51,228 nt of DNA, taken from Thermoanaerobaculia bacterium. GTDB taxonomy: Bacteria; Acidobacteriota; Thermoanaerobaculia; Multivoradales; UBA5704. Positions 16,396 through 25,405 of the stretch are shown in pieces (positions within the stretch are counted from its first letter, which is position 1; every line of letters starts with the position of its first letter). Location: assembly GCA_044226625.1 (NCBI GenBank), contig JBGAGQ010000047.1:1-51228 (forward strand), read 5' to 3'. Below the pieces are notes generated by a model. It searched no databases and had not been told where the DNA came from. It saw only the letters and a list, made by a program, of their open reading frames with translations. The position numbers and the translations under genes are program-made.

Positions 16396-18137
16396 TCCAT
16401 TTCGTCCGTGCCTCGGCCCTTCAGGCGGCGAAGGATCGCGGCAAGCTTCTCGTTTCCCCCGGCGGGGGGGCGCCAATCCACGTGAACGGCCGCGATGCCT
16501 TGAGAAAGCAGGCTATCGCAGAACGTCTCGACGCCGACGTTGACGACCGAGAGCGGAGCGGCCACCGCGTCGAGCGGAACGGACGTCGCGGCCGCCTCGT
16601 GGCGGGGGCCGAGGCGTTCCCAGGCGATCTCGACCAGCTCTTCGACCGAGCGGGCGATCTCCGCCCCGGCGCGGCGAAGGATTTCGGTCTGCTCCGCCTC
16701 TCCCTGGAGATCGGCGTCCGTGCCGACGACCAAGGCGGCGATCGCGAGCTCGCGCCCGGCGCGCCGGGCCTCGGCGAGCGCCCGCTCGATCTCCGGCGCC
16801 AGCACGCCCGCGGGGTCGGCGTGCGCGCCGAAACCGAGGACGACGTCGAGGAAGACGAGGCTCACCGTCGGGTCCGACGCCTCGGCGCGCAACCGCCGGA
16901 GGCGCAGCTCCGGGTCGATCATCGGATGAAGCCGGCCGACGGTGAATTCGTCCGCGCCGAGGTCGAGGATGGCATGGCCCGAACCCGAGCTCCGGCCCGG
17001 ATCGGGCAGCGCGAGCGAGCCCCCGATCGGCGCGTTCGAGTACACGGGTGCGAACGCGATCTCCAGCCCCAGCTGAACCTCGTAGGCGAGCGTGCCGCCC
17101 GCGAACAGACCGCGCAGGAAGCCCGCCGGCCTCTCCTTCGGCAACGCACCCGCCGCATGCCGTGGCTCGGGGGTGCGGTCGGAGCCCTGCCCTGCCACTA
17201 AATGAGCCAGATCGGCCGCCTCGGCGAGGCTCACGGCGAATCGAATGTTGCCGAGCCGACGAAGCGGCGGGTTCTTTCCCAAGAAGCTCACGACCACCGG
17301 CTTGCCCGTGTCCCGTGCCTCGGCGAGGACTTTCAGCAGGACCGCGGGGGCAGGAGGCTTTGCGAGCAGGACGATCGCCGTCGTGTCCGGATCTCGCGCC
17401 AAGAGATCGAGCGCCTGGAGCGCGGAGATCCCGCCGACCTCGACGCTCAGATCGCGCCCGCCCAGGCCGATCGCCTGCGACACGCCGGTGCCCAGCGCGT
17501 GGAGACGGCACGCGACGGTTTGAAGCCCGGTGCCGGACGCGGCGACGATTCCCACCGATCCCCGACGCACGGCGTTCGAGAAGCCGAGCCCGGCACCGCC
17601 GAGGATCGCCGTGCCGCAGTCGGGACCGAGCACGAACAGCCCGCGCGAGCGAGCCTTCTGTTTGAGCGCCACCTCGTCCTCGAGGGCGACGTTGTCGGAA
17701 TAGAGGAAGATGTTCCGGCCACGATCGAGCGCCTCGTGCGCGACGTCGGCGGCATGGCGACCCGGAACGGAGACCTGCACCCACCGCGCCTCCGGCAGGG
17801 ACTTGAGCGCGCCATCGAGGCTTCGGGGCCGATAGCCGGTTTCGCCCGCGCCGCCCGAGCGGACCGCGAGCAGCGAGTCAACTCGCGACAGTGCCTCCGC
17901 CGCCGCGTCGGCGGATTCCGCGCGCACGGCGATCGCGAGGTCGCCCGGTCCCGCCGCCTCCGTCTCCGCGCCGAGTAGTCCGCTCGCCGCGAGGATCTCT
18001 CGGTTCGCCGGCGTCGCCATCACCACCCCCGCGTCGAGAACGCCGGGCAGCGCGGCGAGCGCCTGCTGTAGGCGCATCAGCACGACCGAGTCGTGGTAAG
18101 AGCCGGCGCGGACGGAGGTGCGGAGGATCGAGGTCAT
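16392..18137 (-). CDS. fdrA: Acyl-CoA synthetase FdrA (AllF/YahF-like)
   Basis: YHDSVVLM, SVPG, LGPDCGT, ASGTGLQ, GGRDLS, GLFAGGTL, DLGADEFTVGRLHPMIDP, WRPPAGGN. Confidence 0.92.
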   Translation of the reverse strand: MTSILRTSVRAGSYHDSVVLMRLQQALAALPGVLDAGVVMATPANREILAASGLLGAETEAAGPGDLAIAVRAESADAAAEALSRVDSLLAVRSGGAGETGYRPRSLDGALKSLPEARWVQVSVPGRHAADVAHEALDRGRNIFLYSDNVALEDEVALKQKARSRGLFVLGPDCGTAILGGAGLGFSNAVRRGSVGIVAASGTGLQTVACRLHALGTGVSQAIGLGGRDLSVEVGGISALQALDLLARDPDTTAIVLLAKPPAPAVLLKVLAEARDTGKPVVVSFLGKNPPLRRLGNIRFAVSLAEAADLAHLVAGQGSDRTPEPRHAAGALPKERPAGFLRGLFAGGTLAYEVQLGLEIAFAPVYSNAPIGGSLALPDPGRSSGSGHAILDLGADEFTVGRLHPMIDPELRLRRLRAEASDPTVSLVFLDVVLGFGAHADPAGVLAPEIERALAEARRAGRELAIAALVVGTDADLQGEAEQTEILRRAGAEIARSVEELVEIAWERLGPRHEAAATSVPLDAVAAPLSVVNVGVETFCDSLLSQGIAAVHVDWRPPAGGNEKLAAILRRLKGRGTDEME

Positions 18138-18469
18138 GAAGTGTCGGCCGCGTTCACGGTAGAGGCTCGGCCCCGGTCTGCGCGCTCCCAGAACCCGGCG
18201 CGACCTTGGCTGGCGATTCGCGGACGCCGAAAGCATGACGCACCACCCCACCGGAGACAAGAGGCGAAGGGAGATAGGCGACAAAGGAGGAACCTATCGA
18301 TCATCTTCCAATTGATCACGATTTCGACAGCTTTCCATTCCCGGCCTCGATACCCTCCTGTCGATCCGAGGCGGCGCGGCGGAACGGAGAGGAAACCGCC
18401 CGGTGACCGCGCTCAACGACCGCTCCTTCAAAGCGGCGATGCGCGCGACATAACGACAAGGAGGGTTTC

Positions 18470-21448
18470 ATGTCGATCGTACGTCGCGCCCGAAAACTAT
18501 TTCCTTTGTTACTCCTGGCGATCGCGCCGGCGCTCGCCGGCCGGCTCGAAGCGCAGACCCCCATGCAGGCCAAAGTCATGTCGACGGGCTCCGGCTGGCG
18601 CCTCCTCGACGTCGGCCCCGATCCGGAGGTCACCTCCGGGACGTTGATGTGGGAGGTAAGTGAAGAAGGGGTCAAGTTCCTCCCCGTGTCGCAGTTCCAG
18701 AAGGACGTCCTCACCGATTCCTTCGCCAACGATCCAGACGGCCCCGACGGGCTCCTGTTCTTCTCGAAGGAAATCCTGGAGGCGATGGAGGACCCGACGT
18801 TTCCCGCCGGGTACGAGCAGTACATCGATCCGAACGAGGTGATCGACCCGAACGAGAAGAGCTTCTTCGGCTGCAGTTGGCACGACGAGACGCGCAACCG
18901 GAGCTGGAACTACTCGCACAGCCTGCTCAACCAGAGCCTGCCGTTCTCGGGCGGGATCACCGGCAGCCTGAGCCTCGACCTGCCGATCACGGGAACGCTC
19001 AACCTCGCCGCGAGATACAAGATTCAGAAGTGCTTCGGCGTCCCCTCGGGATTCGAGTTCGTCGACGCCGTGGCGAGCGGCACCGCGACGATCGCCGGCA
19101 ACGGCGACCTGTCGGCCTCGGCGACCGCGAGTGCGAACTGGAGCCGGGAGTGGCTGTTGGCCGAGCCCGAGCTGGGTGAGGTCTCCTTCACCGTCGGCAT
19201 CATCCCGGTCCGCCTGGTCTTCACGCTGCCGATCTTCGCCGGCGCCGACCTCAACGCGAAGATCTCGGGCCAGCTCGCGGCACACCTGAACGCGTCGGCT
19301 TCCGGAACGTTCACCTATACCTGCACCACGCGCAGCTGCACGGGCACGAGCAACTTCACCGACCAGTTCTCCTTCACCGGTCCGAATGCGAGCGCCACGG
19401 TCGACCTGTCCGCCCAGGCCCACGCCCGCGTGATGCTGCGCGTAGGGATCTACGACGAGCACATCGCCTACGTGGAAGGCGGTTTGAAGGCGTACGCCAA
19501 AGCCGGCGTCTGGGGCTACATCGGCAACACCTGTGGCGACGCGGACGGCGACGGCACGAATGAGACCGTGCGGGCGCTAGCCGCCGACCTGGTCTGGGGC
19601 TACCGCTTCGCCTATGGCTGGGGCGGGTGGCTGCTGCCCGACACGTTGAACTTCACCGGCGGCAGCGAATATCCGCTCGGCTGGACGGACCTGCTCGGCA
19701 ACGGCGGCTCGACCGCGCTCCAGCCCATGCTCACCGGCCCGTCGACGGCCGTCCAAGGGCAACCGGCCGATTACGTCGTGAAGATGCGTCCCTGCTATCC
19801 CTACTCCCAGACGGTCAACATTTACGTCGACCCGGGGGTCTGGACCGGTCCGGGGCAAGTCGGTCCCACCGGTAGCGCGGCGCTGCAGACCACGTTCGCC
19901 AATACCGGCAACGTGACGGCCACCGCGACCGCGACCTCCGACACCTACGGGCGCGATCTCAACATGCCGTACAGCCGGGTGATCAACGTCACTCCGGCGA
20001 CCCCGACGGCGGCGACGCTCAGCGGCACCGTCCTGTCGGCGACCTCCGTGCGTCTGAATTGGACCGACGCGAACACCTACAAGAGCGGCTACGAGATCCA
20101 GCGTCGCATTGCGGGCGGCTCGTTCTCTTGGCTCACCACCGTCTCCTCCACAACGTCGACCTATACCGATACCACCGTCCAACCGGCGACGACCTACGAC
20201 TACAAGATCCGCGTCTTGAACGCCGGCGTGAACTCTCCCTATTCGAACGTGATCTCCGTGACGACCAACGCGACGATCCCGGCGGCACCGTCGTCGCTCT
20301 CCGCGACTCCGCAATCCGCCACCTCGGTCGCCCTCGCCTGGGCCGACAACAGCGGCAACGAGACGAGCTTCGAGGTCCAGCGCCGGCTCCTGCCGTCGGG
20401 CGCCTTCGGTACCCTCGCCTCGCCGGCAGCGAACGTCGTCTCCTACACCGACACCTCGGCGACCGCCAACACCTCGTACGAGTACCGGGTCCGTGCCGTG
20501 AACAGTGCTGGAGCGTCGAGCTTCTCGAACGTCGCGACGGCGACCACCGGTCAAACCGTCCCGACCGCGCCGTCAGGCCTGGCCGCCACCTACAACTCGG
20601 GCTCCAAGCAGTTCACCCTCACCTGGGTCGACAACAGCGGCAACGAGCAGGGCTTCGTCGCGCAATTCTCCTTCTCGGGCAGCGCGTTCTCCGACCTGGT
20701 GAACCCGGTGGGCGCCAACGTCACCACCTACGTGAGCGGCGCCAATCCTCCAGTGGGCTCCTATCAGTTCCGCGTCCGCGCCTACAACGCGGCCGGAAGC
20801 TCCGCCTACAGCAACACGGTCTCGCTCCTGGTGGTCAACCCGGGCAATGGCGCGGGATACCTCGGCTGCTACACCGACACCGCGACCCGCGCCTTGCCGG
20901 TGCAGATCGCCGGAACCACCCACACGATCGAGAGCTGCAAGCAGGCGGCCTACAACGCCGGCTACCGCTACGCAGGGCTCCAGTACTTCGGCTACTGCTT
21001 CGCCGGAAACACTCTCGGCTACAGCCTGGTCTCCGATACGCAATGCAGTACCGCTTGCACCGCCAACTCCTCTCAGACCTGCGGCGGCGCGTGGCGCAAC
21101 AGCATCTACTCGACCGGTTACAACCCGCCCTCGCCGGCGACCAGCATCGCCTGGATCCAGCCGGCAGAGAACGCCTGGGGTCCCGCGGGGACGTTGACCG
21201 CGGCGGGCTACGCGACGAACGGCACCGGCACGGTCACGCTGGTCTGGCGCGAGCGAAGCTCGTCCGGAGTCTGGGGCGCCTGGAACACCGTCGCCTACAG
21301 CGCCCCGGTGTCGCCGGACACGACCTGGTCGAACACCATCTCGAGCGGCAATCCGACCAACAAGTGCCACTGGTTCGACGCCTATACGACTTACTCGGGC
21401 GCCACATCGCCGATCTTCCACTACACGGGGTGGACCGGCTGCCCGTAG
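18470..21448 (+). CDS. Large secreted protein with three fibronectin type III repeats and a WSC domain
   Basis: AAGGAGG RBS, signal peptide, 3x (W.DN...E..F/Y...Y.YRVRA.N..G.S.YSN), then YLGCYTD...YAGLQYFGYCFAGN...C...C.......CGG...NSIY. Confidence 0.88.
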   Translation: MSIVRRARKLFPLLLLAIAPALAGRLEAQTPMQAKVMSTGSGWRLLDVGPDPEVTSGTLMWEVSEEGVKFLPVSQFQKDVLTDSFANDPDGPDGLLFFSKEILEAMEDPTFPAGYEQYIDPNEVIDPNEKSFFGCSWHDETRNRSWNYSHSLLNQSLPFSGGITGSLSLDLPITGTLNLAARYKIQKCFGVPSGFEFVDAVASGTATIAGNGDLSASATASANWSREWLLAEPELGEVSFTVGIIPVRLVFTLPIFAGADLNAKISGQLAAHLNASASGTFTYTCTTRSCTGTSNFTDQFSFTGPNASATVDLSAQAHARVMLRVGIYDEHIAYVEGGLKAYAKAGVWGYIGNTCGDADGDGTNETVRALAADLVWGYRFAYGWGGWLLPDTLNFTGGSEYPLGWTDLLGNGGSTALQPMLTGPSTAVQGQPADYVVKMRPCYPYSQTVNIYVDPGVWTGPGQVGPTGSAALQTTFANTGNVTATATATSDTYGRDLNMPYSRVINVTPATPTAATLSGTVLSATSVRLNWTDANTYKSGYEIQRRIAGGSFSWLTTVSSTTSTYTDTTVQPATTYDYKIRVLNAGVNSPYSNVISVTTNATIPAAPSSLSATPQSATSVALAWADNSGNETSFEVQRRLLPSGAFGTLASPAANVVSYTDTSATANTSYEYRVRAVNSAGASSFSNVATATTGQTVPTAPSGLAATYNSGSKQFTLTWVDNSGNEQGFVAQFSFSGSAFSDLVNPVGANVTTYVSGANPPVGSYQFRVRAYNAAGSSAYSNTVSLLVVNPGNGAGYLGCYTDTATRALPVQIAGTTHTIESCKQAAYNAGYRYAGLQYFGYCFAGNTLGYSLVSDTQCSTACTANSSQTCGGAWRNSIYSTGYNPPSPATSIAWIQPAENAWGPAGTLTAAGYATNGTGTVTLVWRERSSSGVWGAWNTVAYSAPVSPDTTWSNTISSGNPTNKCHWFDAYTTYSGATSPIFHYTGWTGCP

Positions 21449-21487
21449 CCTTCGGGCACCGATCAAGACAGCGGTTCGACTCCCTCG

Positions 21488-21520
21488 GGGGGCGGCATCA
21501 CGCCGCCCCCTTCTTTCTTT
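21488..21520 (+). terminator. Rho-independent terminator
   Basis: GGGGGCGGC-ATCAC-GCCGCCCCC followed by TTCTTTCTTT, downstream of the 21448 stop. Confidence 0.8.
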
Positions 21521-21567
21521 CTCAGACAGGCCAAGCCGTTCGCGTGCGCCGCCCTCGACGGGACGCT

Positions 21568-22179
21568 TCAGCGAACGCCCGACATCTCGACGACGCTTTC
21601 GGCCACCCGACGCGAGTTCATGATGAAGGTATGGAGCGCCGGCACCTCGACGACCGGATCGCCCTCGCGAGCACGCGTTTCTTCGACCGTCAGGATGCCG
21701 TCGTTCGGCTCCCCCTCGAACGGCAGCCAGGCGGCCCGCGGACCGGCGGTTCCCGCGAACACCCGGGTGGGCACGTGGGGCAGCGGCAGATCCGCGAAGA
21801 ACGAGGGATCCGCGAGCAGCTGGCCCATCTCGCCGTTCATCCAACGGTAGAGCGGATGGCCGGAAAAGAACCGTGCGGCCCGACAGGCCCGCTGAGGCGG
21901 GGCGAGGAACAAGCACCCTGCCAAGGGAAGGTCAGAGATCTTCGGCAGGGCGCCGCGGGAGAGCACCGCGCCGAGCGAGTGGCCGACCAGCAGAAACGGC
22001 TCGCCGTCGGCCAGCTTTCGAATTCGCTCCGCCAGGCGCTCCACGCAACGATCGAACGGTTCGAGCGCGGCCACGTAGCCCAGCGCTCGCGTCGGGAGCC
22101 CCCGCGCGCGAAGACGCCGGGAAAGGATCGCCATCGAGACCGGGGTTCGGCCCATGCCGTGGATCAGGATCGCTTTCAT
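21568..22179 (-). CDS. Small alpha/beta hydrolase (esterase/lipase)
   Basis: ILIHGMGR, VGHSLG, NDGILTVEET, HTFIM. Confidence 0.88.
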   Translation of the reverse strand: MKAILIHGMGRTPVSMAILSRRLRARGLPTRALGYVAALEPFDRCVERLAERIRKLADGEPFLLVGHSLGAVLSRGALPKISDLPLAGCLFLAPPQRACRAARFFSGHPLYRWMNGEMGQLLADPSFFADLPLPHVPTRVFAGTAGPRAAWLPFEGEPNDGILTVEETRAREGDPVVEVPALHTFIMNSRRVAESVVEMSGVR

Positions 22180-22243
22180 CGGTCGGCAGATCTTACGGTA
22201 GCCCGTCCGAACGCTTTCTTACGATCGCCCGTACAATCGATCG

Positions 22244-24220
22244 ATGCTCGATTCCAAGATGGATTTCCGGGGCTCCTGGTGGGCGCTCGCCGTGGCCGGC
22301 GCGGGTTTCGCGCTCGTCGCCACCCTGTTCGCGTCCTGGACCGCCGGGAAGTCCGGGATCGACGACGTGTACATCACCTACGTCTACGCCCGCTCGTTCG
22401 CTCAAGGGCATGGACTCACCTGGCCCGGGTCCACCGCGCTCGGCACCTCGTCGCCGTTTCTGGCGGTGGTGCTCGGCAGCCTCTCCGCGCTCACCGGGCT
22501 CGAAGTTCCCGCCTTGGGCAACGCCTTCGCCTGGATCGCGATCGCCATCGGCTCGCTCGGCCTGTTCGCTCTCGGCCGAGCCGAACGATGGCCGTGGGCG
22601 GGACTGGCCGCTGGCGCACTTTGGCTTCTCGCCGCCCCTTCGCACAACCTGCTCGGCAACGAATACCTACCGGCGATCGCCGCCGTGATCTGGGCTTTTC
22701 ACGAGCGGGCGCGCGGACGTCTCGCGAGCGCGGGCATACTGCTCGCCCTCGCGGCGATGTTCCGCGCCGAGACGGGGCTCGCCGCGCCGATCCTCGCGAG
22801 CCTCGAGGTCAGGCGTTCCGACCTGCGCGGCAGCGCGCGGCGGATCGCACGCGTCGCGATCGCCGCGATCCTGGTCGCCGGTGCTTGGCTCGTCGCGCTG
22901 TACGCGATCTCCGGCACGGTGCTGCCGGCGACGTTCGCAGCCAAGCGGGCGCAATCCGAAAGCGCCCTCGGCATCTGGTCGTCCAACGCCGGTTGGAGCG
23001 CGGCGCTCGCCGAGCCCGATTCCACCTTCCCACGCGACGTCCATACCTGGTGGTGGCCGCTCTCGCTCGCCGCCGTCGCGGCGATCGCCTTGAGGACCTG
23101 GAAGCGAGACCGGGACTCCCCCTTTCCTTCGTCCGCGATCGCCCTCGCGGTCTGGGGCGCCACCCACCTCGCGCTGGTCCTCGCGCTCGGCATCCCGTAC
23201 TACCCGTGGTATGCCGCGCCGCTTCGTTTCGCACAGCTGATCCTGCCGGCGCTCGCCCTGGCCGTCGAACTTCCTCGGGGTTCGCTGCCTTGGCTGCGCC
23301 GCGGTTGGTTGCTTGCGGCGGGCGTCTCCCTCGCGATGGTGGCCGCGGCCACCCGCCGCGATCTCAACTGGCTGCGTTCGAGTCCGGGGGACCTCCGGCG
23401 TTCCGCCTATGCGCAGGCGGCCGAATTGGCCGGGCGCTATCCCCAGGGGACCCGCATCGCCGCTTGGGAGGTCGGATTTCTCGGCTGGGAGTCCTCCCGG
23501 CCGGTGGTCGACCTGCTCGGCCTGGTCAGCGACGGCGCGTCGCTCGACGCCGTCCGGCGTGGCGACCTCCGGTCGAACGCGGCGAGCCTGCGTTCCGACC
23601 TGCTGATGATGCCGCTCGCCTCCCGAGGGCTGTTGAACGCGACGGCCGGCGAGCCGCGCCGGTTCCTCGTCGACTACCGGCTCGACCGCCTCCAGATCTC
23701 GTCCCAGCCCCCCCTCGCGGTCTACCGCCGGGCGTCGCTCGCGTCCCGTGGCGAAGCCGACGTCGATCTCCTCGCGACGATCGCCGAGGGGAATCCGAAG
23801 GCGCAAATCGAATGGCACCGGGCCGCGGGAATCTCCTTGCTCTCGCTCGCTCTCGCTCGCGGCGAGCAGACCCAGGTCCACCTACCGCCCGGGCCGCGGC
23901 GGAACCTCACGGTACAGCTCACGGCGCCGAAGAGGAGAGCGCGGCTTCAGATCGCCATCGAATCCGACGAAGCGAAGGGCGGCTCGATCGAGCAGCTCGA
24001 GGCGGCCGAATGGAAGCGCTTCATCACGGTCGTCCCGGAGTCGAAGATCGCGACGACCATCACTTTCTCGTGCCTGCGCGGCAACGGCTGCCGCATCGGT
24101 CAGCCGTACCTCGGCGCGGCATACGTCCCCGCACCCGAAGCCTCTCCCCATCCGCATCCCCGAGGCAGCCGCCCGCGGCGACCGGCAGCGGGCCGATGGA
24201 AAGAGAAATGGTCGTCCTAG
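22244..24220 (+). CDS. Multi-pass membrane protein, GT-C-like glycosyltransferase
   Basis: DDVYITYVYARSFAQGHGL after TM1, GTSSP, RAE, AKR, about 10 hydrophobic segments, EVGFLGW...VVDLLGLV. Confidence 0.65.
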   Translation: MLDSKMDFRGSWWALAVAGAGFALVATLFASWTAGKSGIDDVYITYVYARSFAQGHGLTWPGSTALGTSSPFLAVVLGSLSALTGLEVPALGNAFAWIAIAIGSLGLFALGRAERWPWAGLAAGALWLLAAPSHNLLGNEYLPAIAAVIWAFHERARGRLASAGILLALAAMFRAETGLAAPILASLEVRRSDLRGSARRIARVAIAAILVAGAWLVALYAISGTVLPATFAAKRAQSESALGIWSSNAGWSAALAEPDSTFPRDVHTWWWPLSLAAVAAIALRTWKRDRDSPFPSSAIALAVWGATHLALVLALGIPYYPWYAAPLRFAQLILPALALAVELPRGSLPWLRRGWLLAAGVSLAMVAAATRRDLNWLRSSPGDLRRSAYAQAAELAGRYPQGTRIAAWEVGFLGWESSRPVVDLLGLVSDGASLDAVRRGDLRSNAASLRSDLLMMPLASRGLLNATAGEPRRFLVDYRLDRLQISSQPPLAVYRRASLASRGEADVDLLATIAEGNPKAQIEWHRAAGISLLSLALARGEQTQVHLPPGPRRNLTVQLTAPKRRARLQIAIESDEAKGGSIEQLEAAEWKRFITVVPESKIATTITFSCLRGNGCRIGQPYLGAAYVPAPEASPHPHPRGSRPRRPAAGRWKEKWSS

Positions 24221-24276
24221 CCTCGCTTAGAGTGGGGCGCTTCGGACGGTTCGAGACGTGAAAAACTCTTCGCACT

Positions 24277-25287
24277 ATGGCCATCCCCTCGAAGGTTCTC
24301 GGTCGCATCCGATCACGCCGCGCCCTATCGCCGCGCGGCGCCCTGGTTCCCTTTCTCGCATCGCTCACCTTCGGGCTCACGATCGCCGCCTGCACTCCGC
24401 CGTCGCCCCAAGCCCACCCCAGCGAGGACGAGAAGATCGTCGCGACGCTGCGGGCGGACGCCGAAGATGGCAAGCCGGAGTCGAAGATCGCGCTCGCCAA
24501 CGTCCTCGCGTATGGCAAGGGGGCGACCCCCGAGCGGCGACGCGAGGCGGCCGTGTGGTACCGCCGCGCCGCTGAACAAGGAAACGCCGATGGGCAGTTC
24601 ACGCTGGCACTCTGGCTCTGGACCGGGCAAGACGTCTCGAAGGATCGGACCGAAGCCGTCGGATGGTGGCGCAAAGCGGCCGATCAGGGCCGGTCCGACG
24701 CGCAGTATTGGCTCGCGGGCGCCTACCGAGCGGGCGAGGGAGGTCTGCCCCGAGATCTCGCCGAGGCGGCCCGTTGGTTTCGCCTCTCGGCGGAGCAAGA
24801 TTTCGGCGAGGCCCAATCGAGCCTCGGGCAGATGTACAGGAACGGCGAAGGGGTGCCGCGGGACGACCGCGAGGCCGTCGCTTGGCTGCGTAAAGCTGCC
24901 GAACGCCATATCGCCTCCGGCGAGCACTACCTCGCCCGTATGTATGCCGAGGGGCGTGGGGTACCGCGGGATGACGCGGAGGCGGCGAGGTTGCACCTCC
25001 TTGCCGCCGAGGCCGACTTCACCGTCTCGATGACCGAGCTGGGCGAAGCCTACGAAGCGGGGCGGGGGGTTTCCGAAGATCGGGTGTGCGCCTATTTTTG
25101 GTACGGCTTCGCCGACAAGCGTGGCTTTTCCATCGGCGCGAACCGACGCGACGCGTTGGCGTCCCAGCTGTCGAGTGCCGAGCGGAACCAGGGCGACCGC
25201 ATGGTGGCCGCCGCCGACTTCGAAGACGGCGTCATCAAGCGGCCGCGTTGTCCCAGCGAGAAAACCCAGGGGACCGGGTCGGTCTGA
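24277..25287 (+). CDS. Sel1-repeat protein, probable lipoprotein
   Basis: LTIAAC lipobox; repeated WYRRAAEQGNADGQF.L...G..V..D..EA..W units. Confidence 0.9.
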   Translation: MAIPSKVLGRIRSRRALSPRGALVPFLASLTFGLTIAACTPPSPQAHPSEDEKIVATLRADAEDGKPESKIALANVLAYGKGATPERRREAAVWYRRAAEQGNADGQFTLALWLWTGQDVSKDRTEAVGWWRKAADQGRSDAQYWLAGAYRAGEGGLPRDLAEAARWFRLSAEQDFGEAQSSLGQMYRNGEGVPRDDREAVAWLRKAAERHIASGEHYLARMYAEGRGVPRDDAEAARLHLLAAEADFTVSMTELGEAYEAGRGVSEDRVCAYFWYGFADKRGFSIGANRRDALASQLSSAERNQGDRMVAAADFEDGVIKRPRCPSEKTQGTGSV

Positions 25288-25405
25288 CCCTTTCGGCTTT
25301 CGCGCGCGTCTTTCGGCCCGTTCGTCAGCGCGACTCTCCTCGCCCGGAGCCCGGCCGACAAGCGGCCTTTCGTTCCCCGTAACGCCGTGCGAAACTCGGC
25401 GCATC

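Noticed and set aside
18299-18317. GATCA-N9-TGATC inverted repeat in the fdrA/FN3 divergent gap
   Set aside because: Only 5-bp arms, and it matches no regulator consensus I can support.
20059-24261. 1400-aa plus-strand ORF and other long Arg/Pro/Gly-rich ORFs (e.g. 1219-3372, 41947-44154, 26894-28654)
   Set aside because: Shadow frames of well-supported genes in GC-rich DNA, with no motifs and biased composition.
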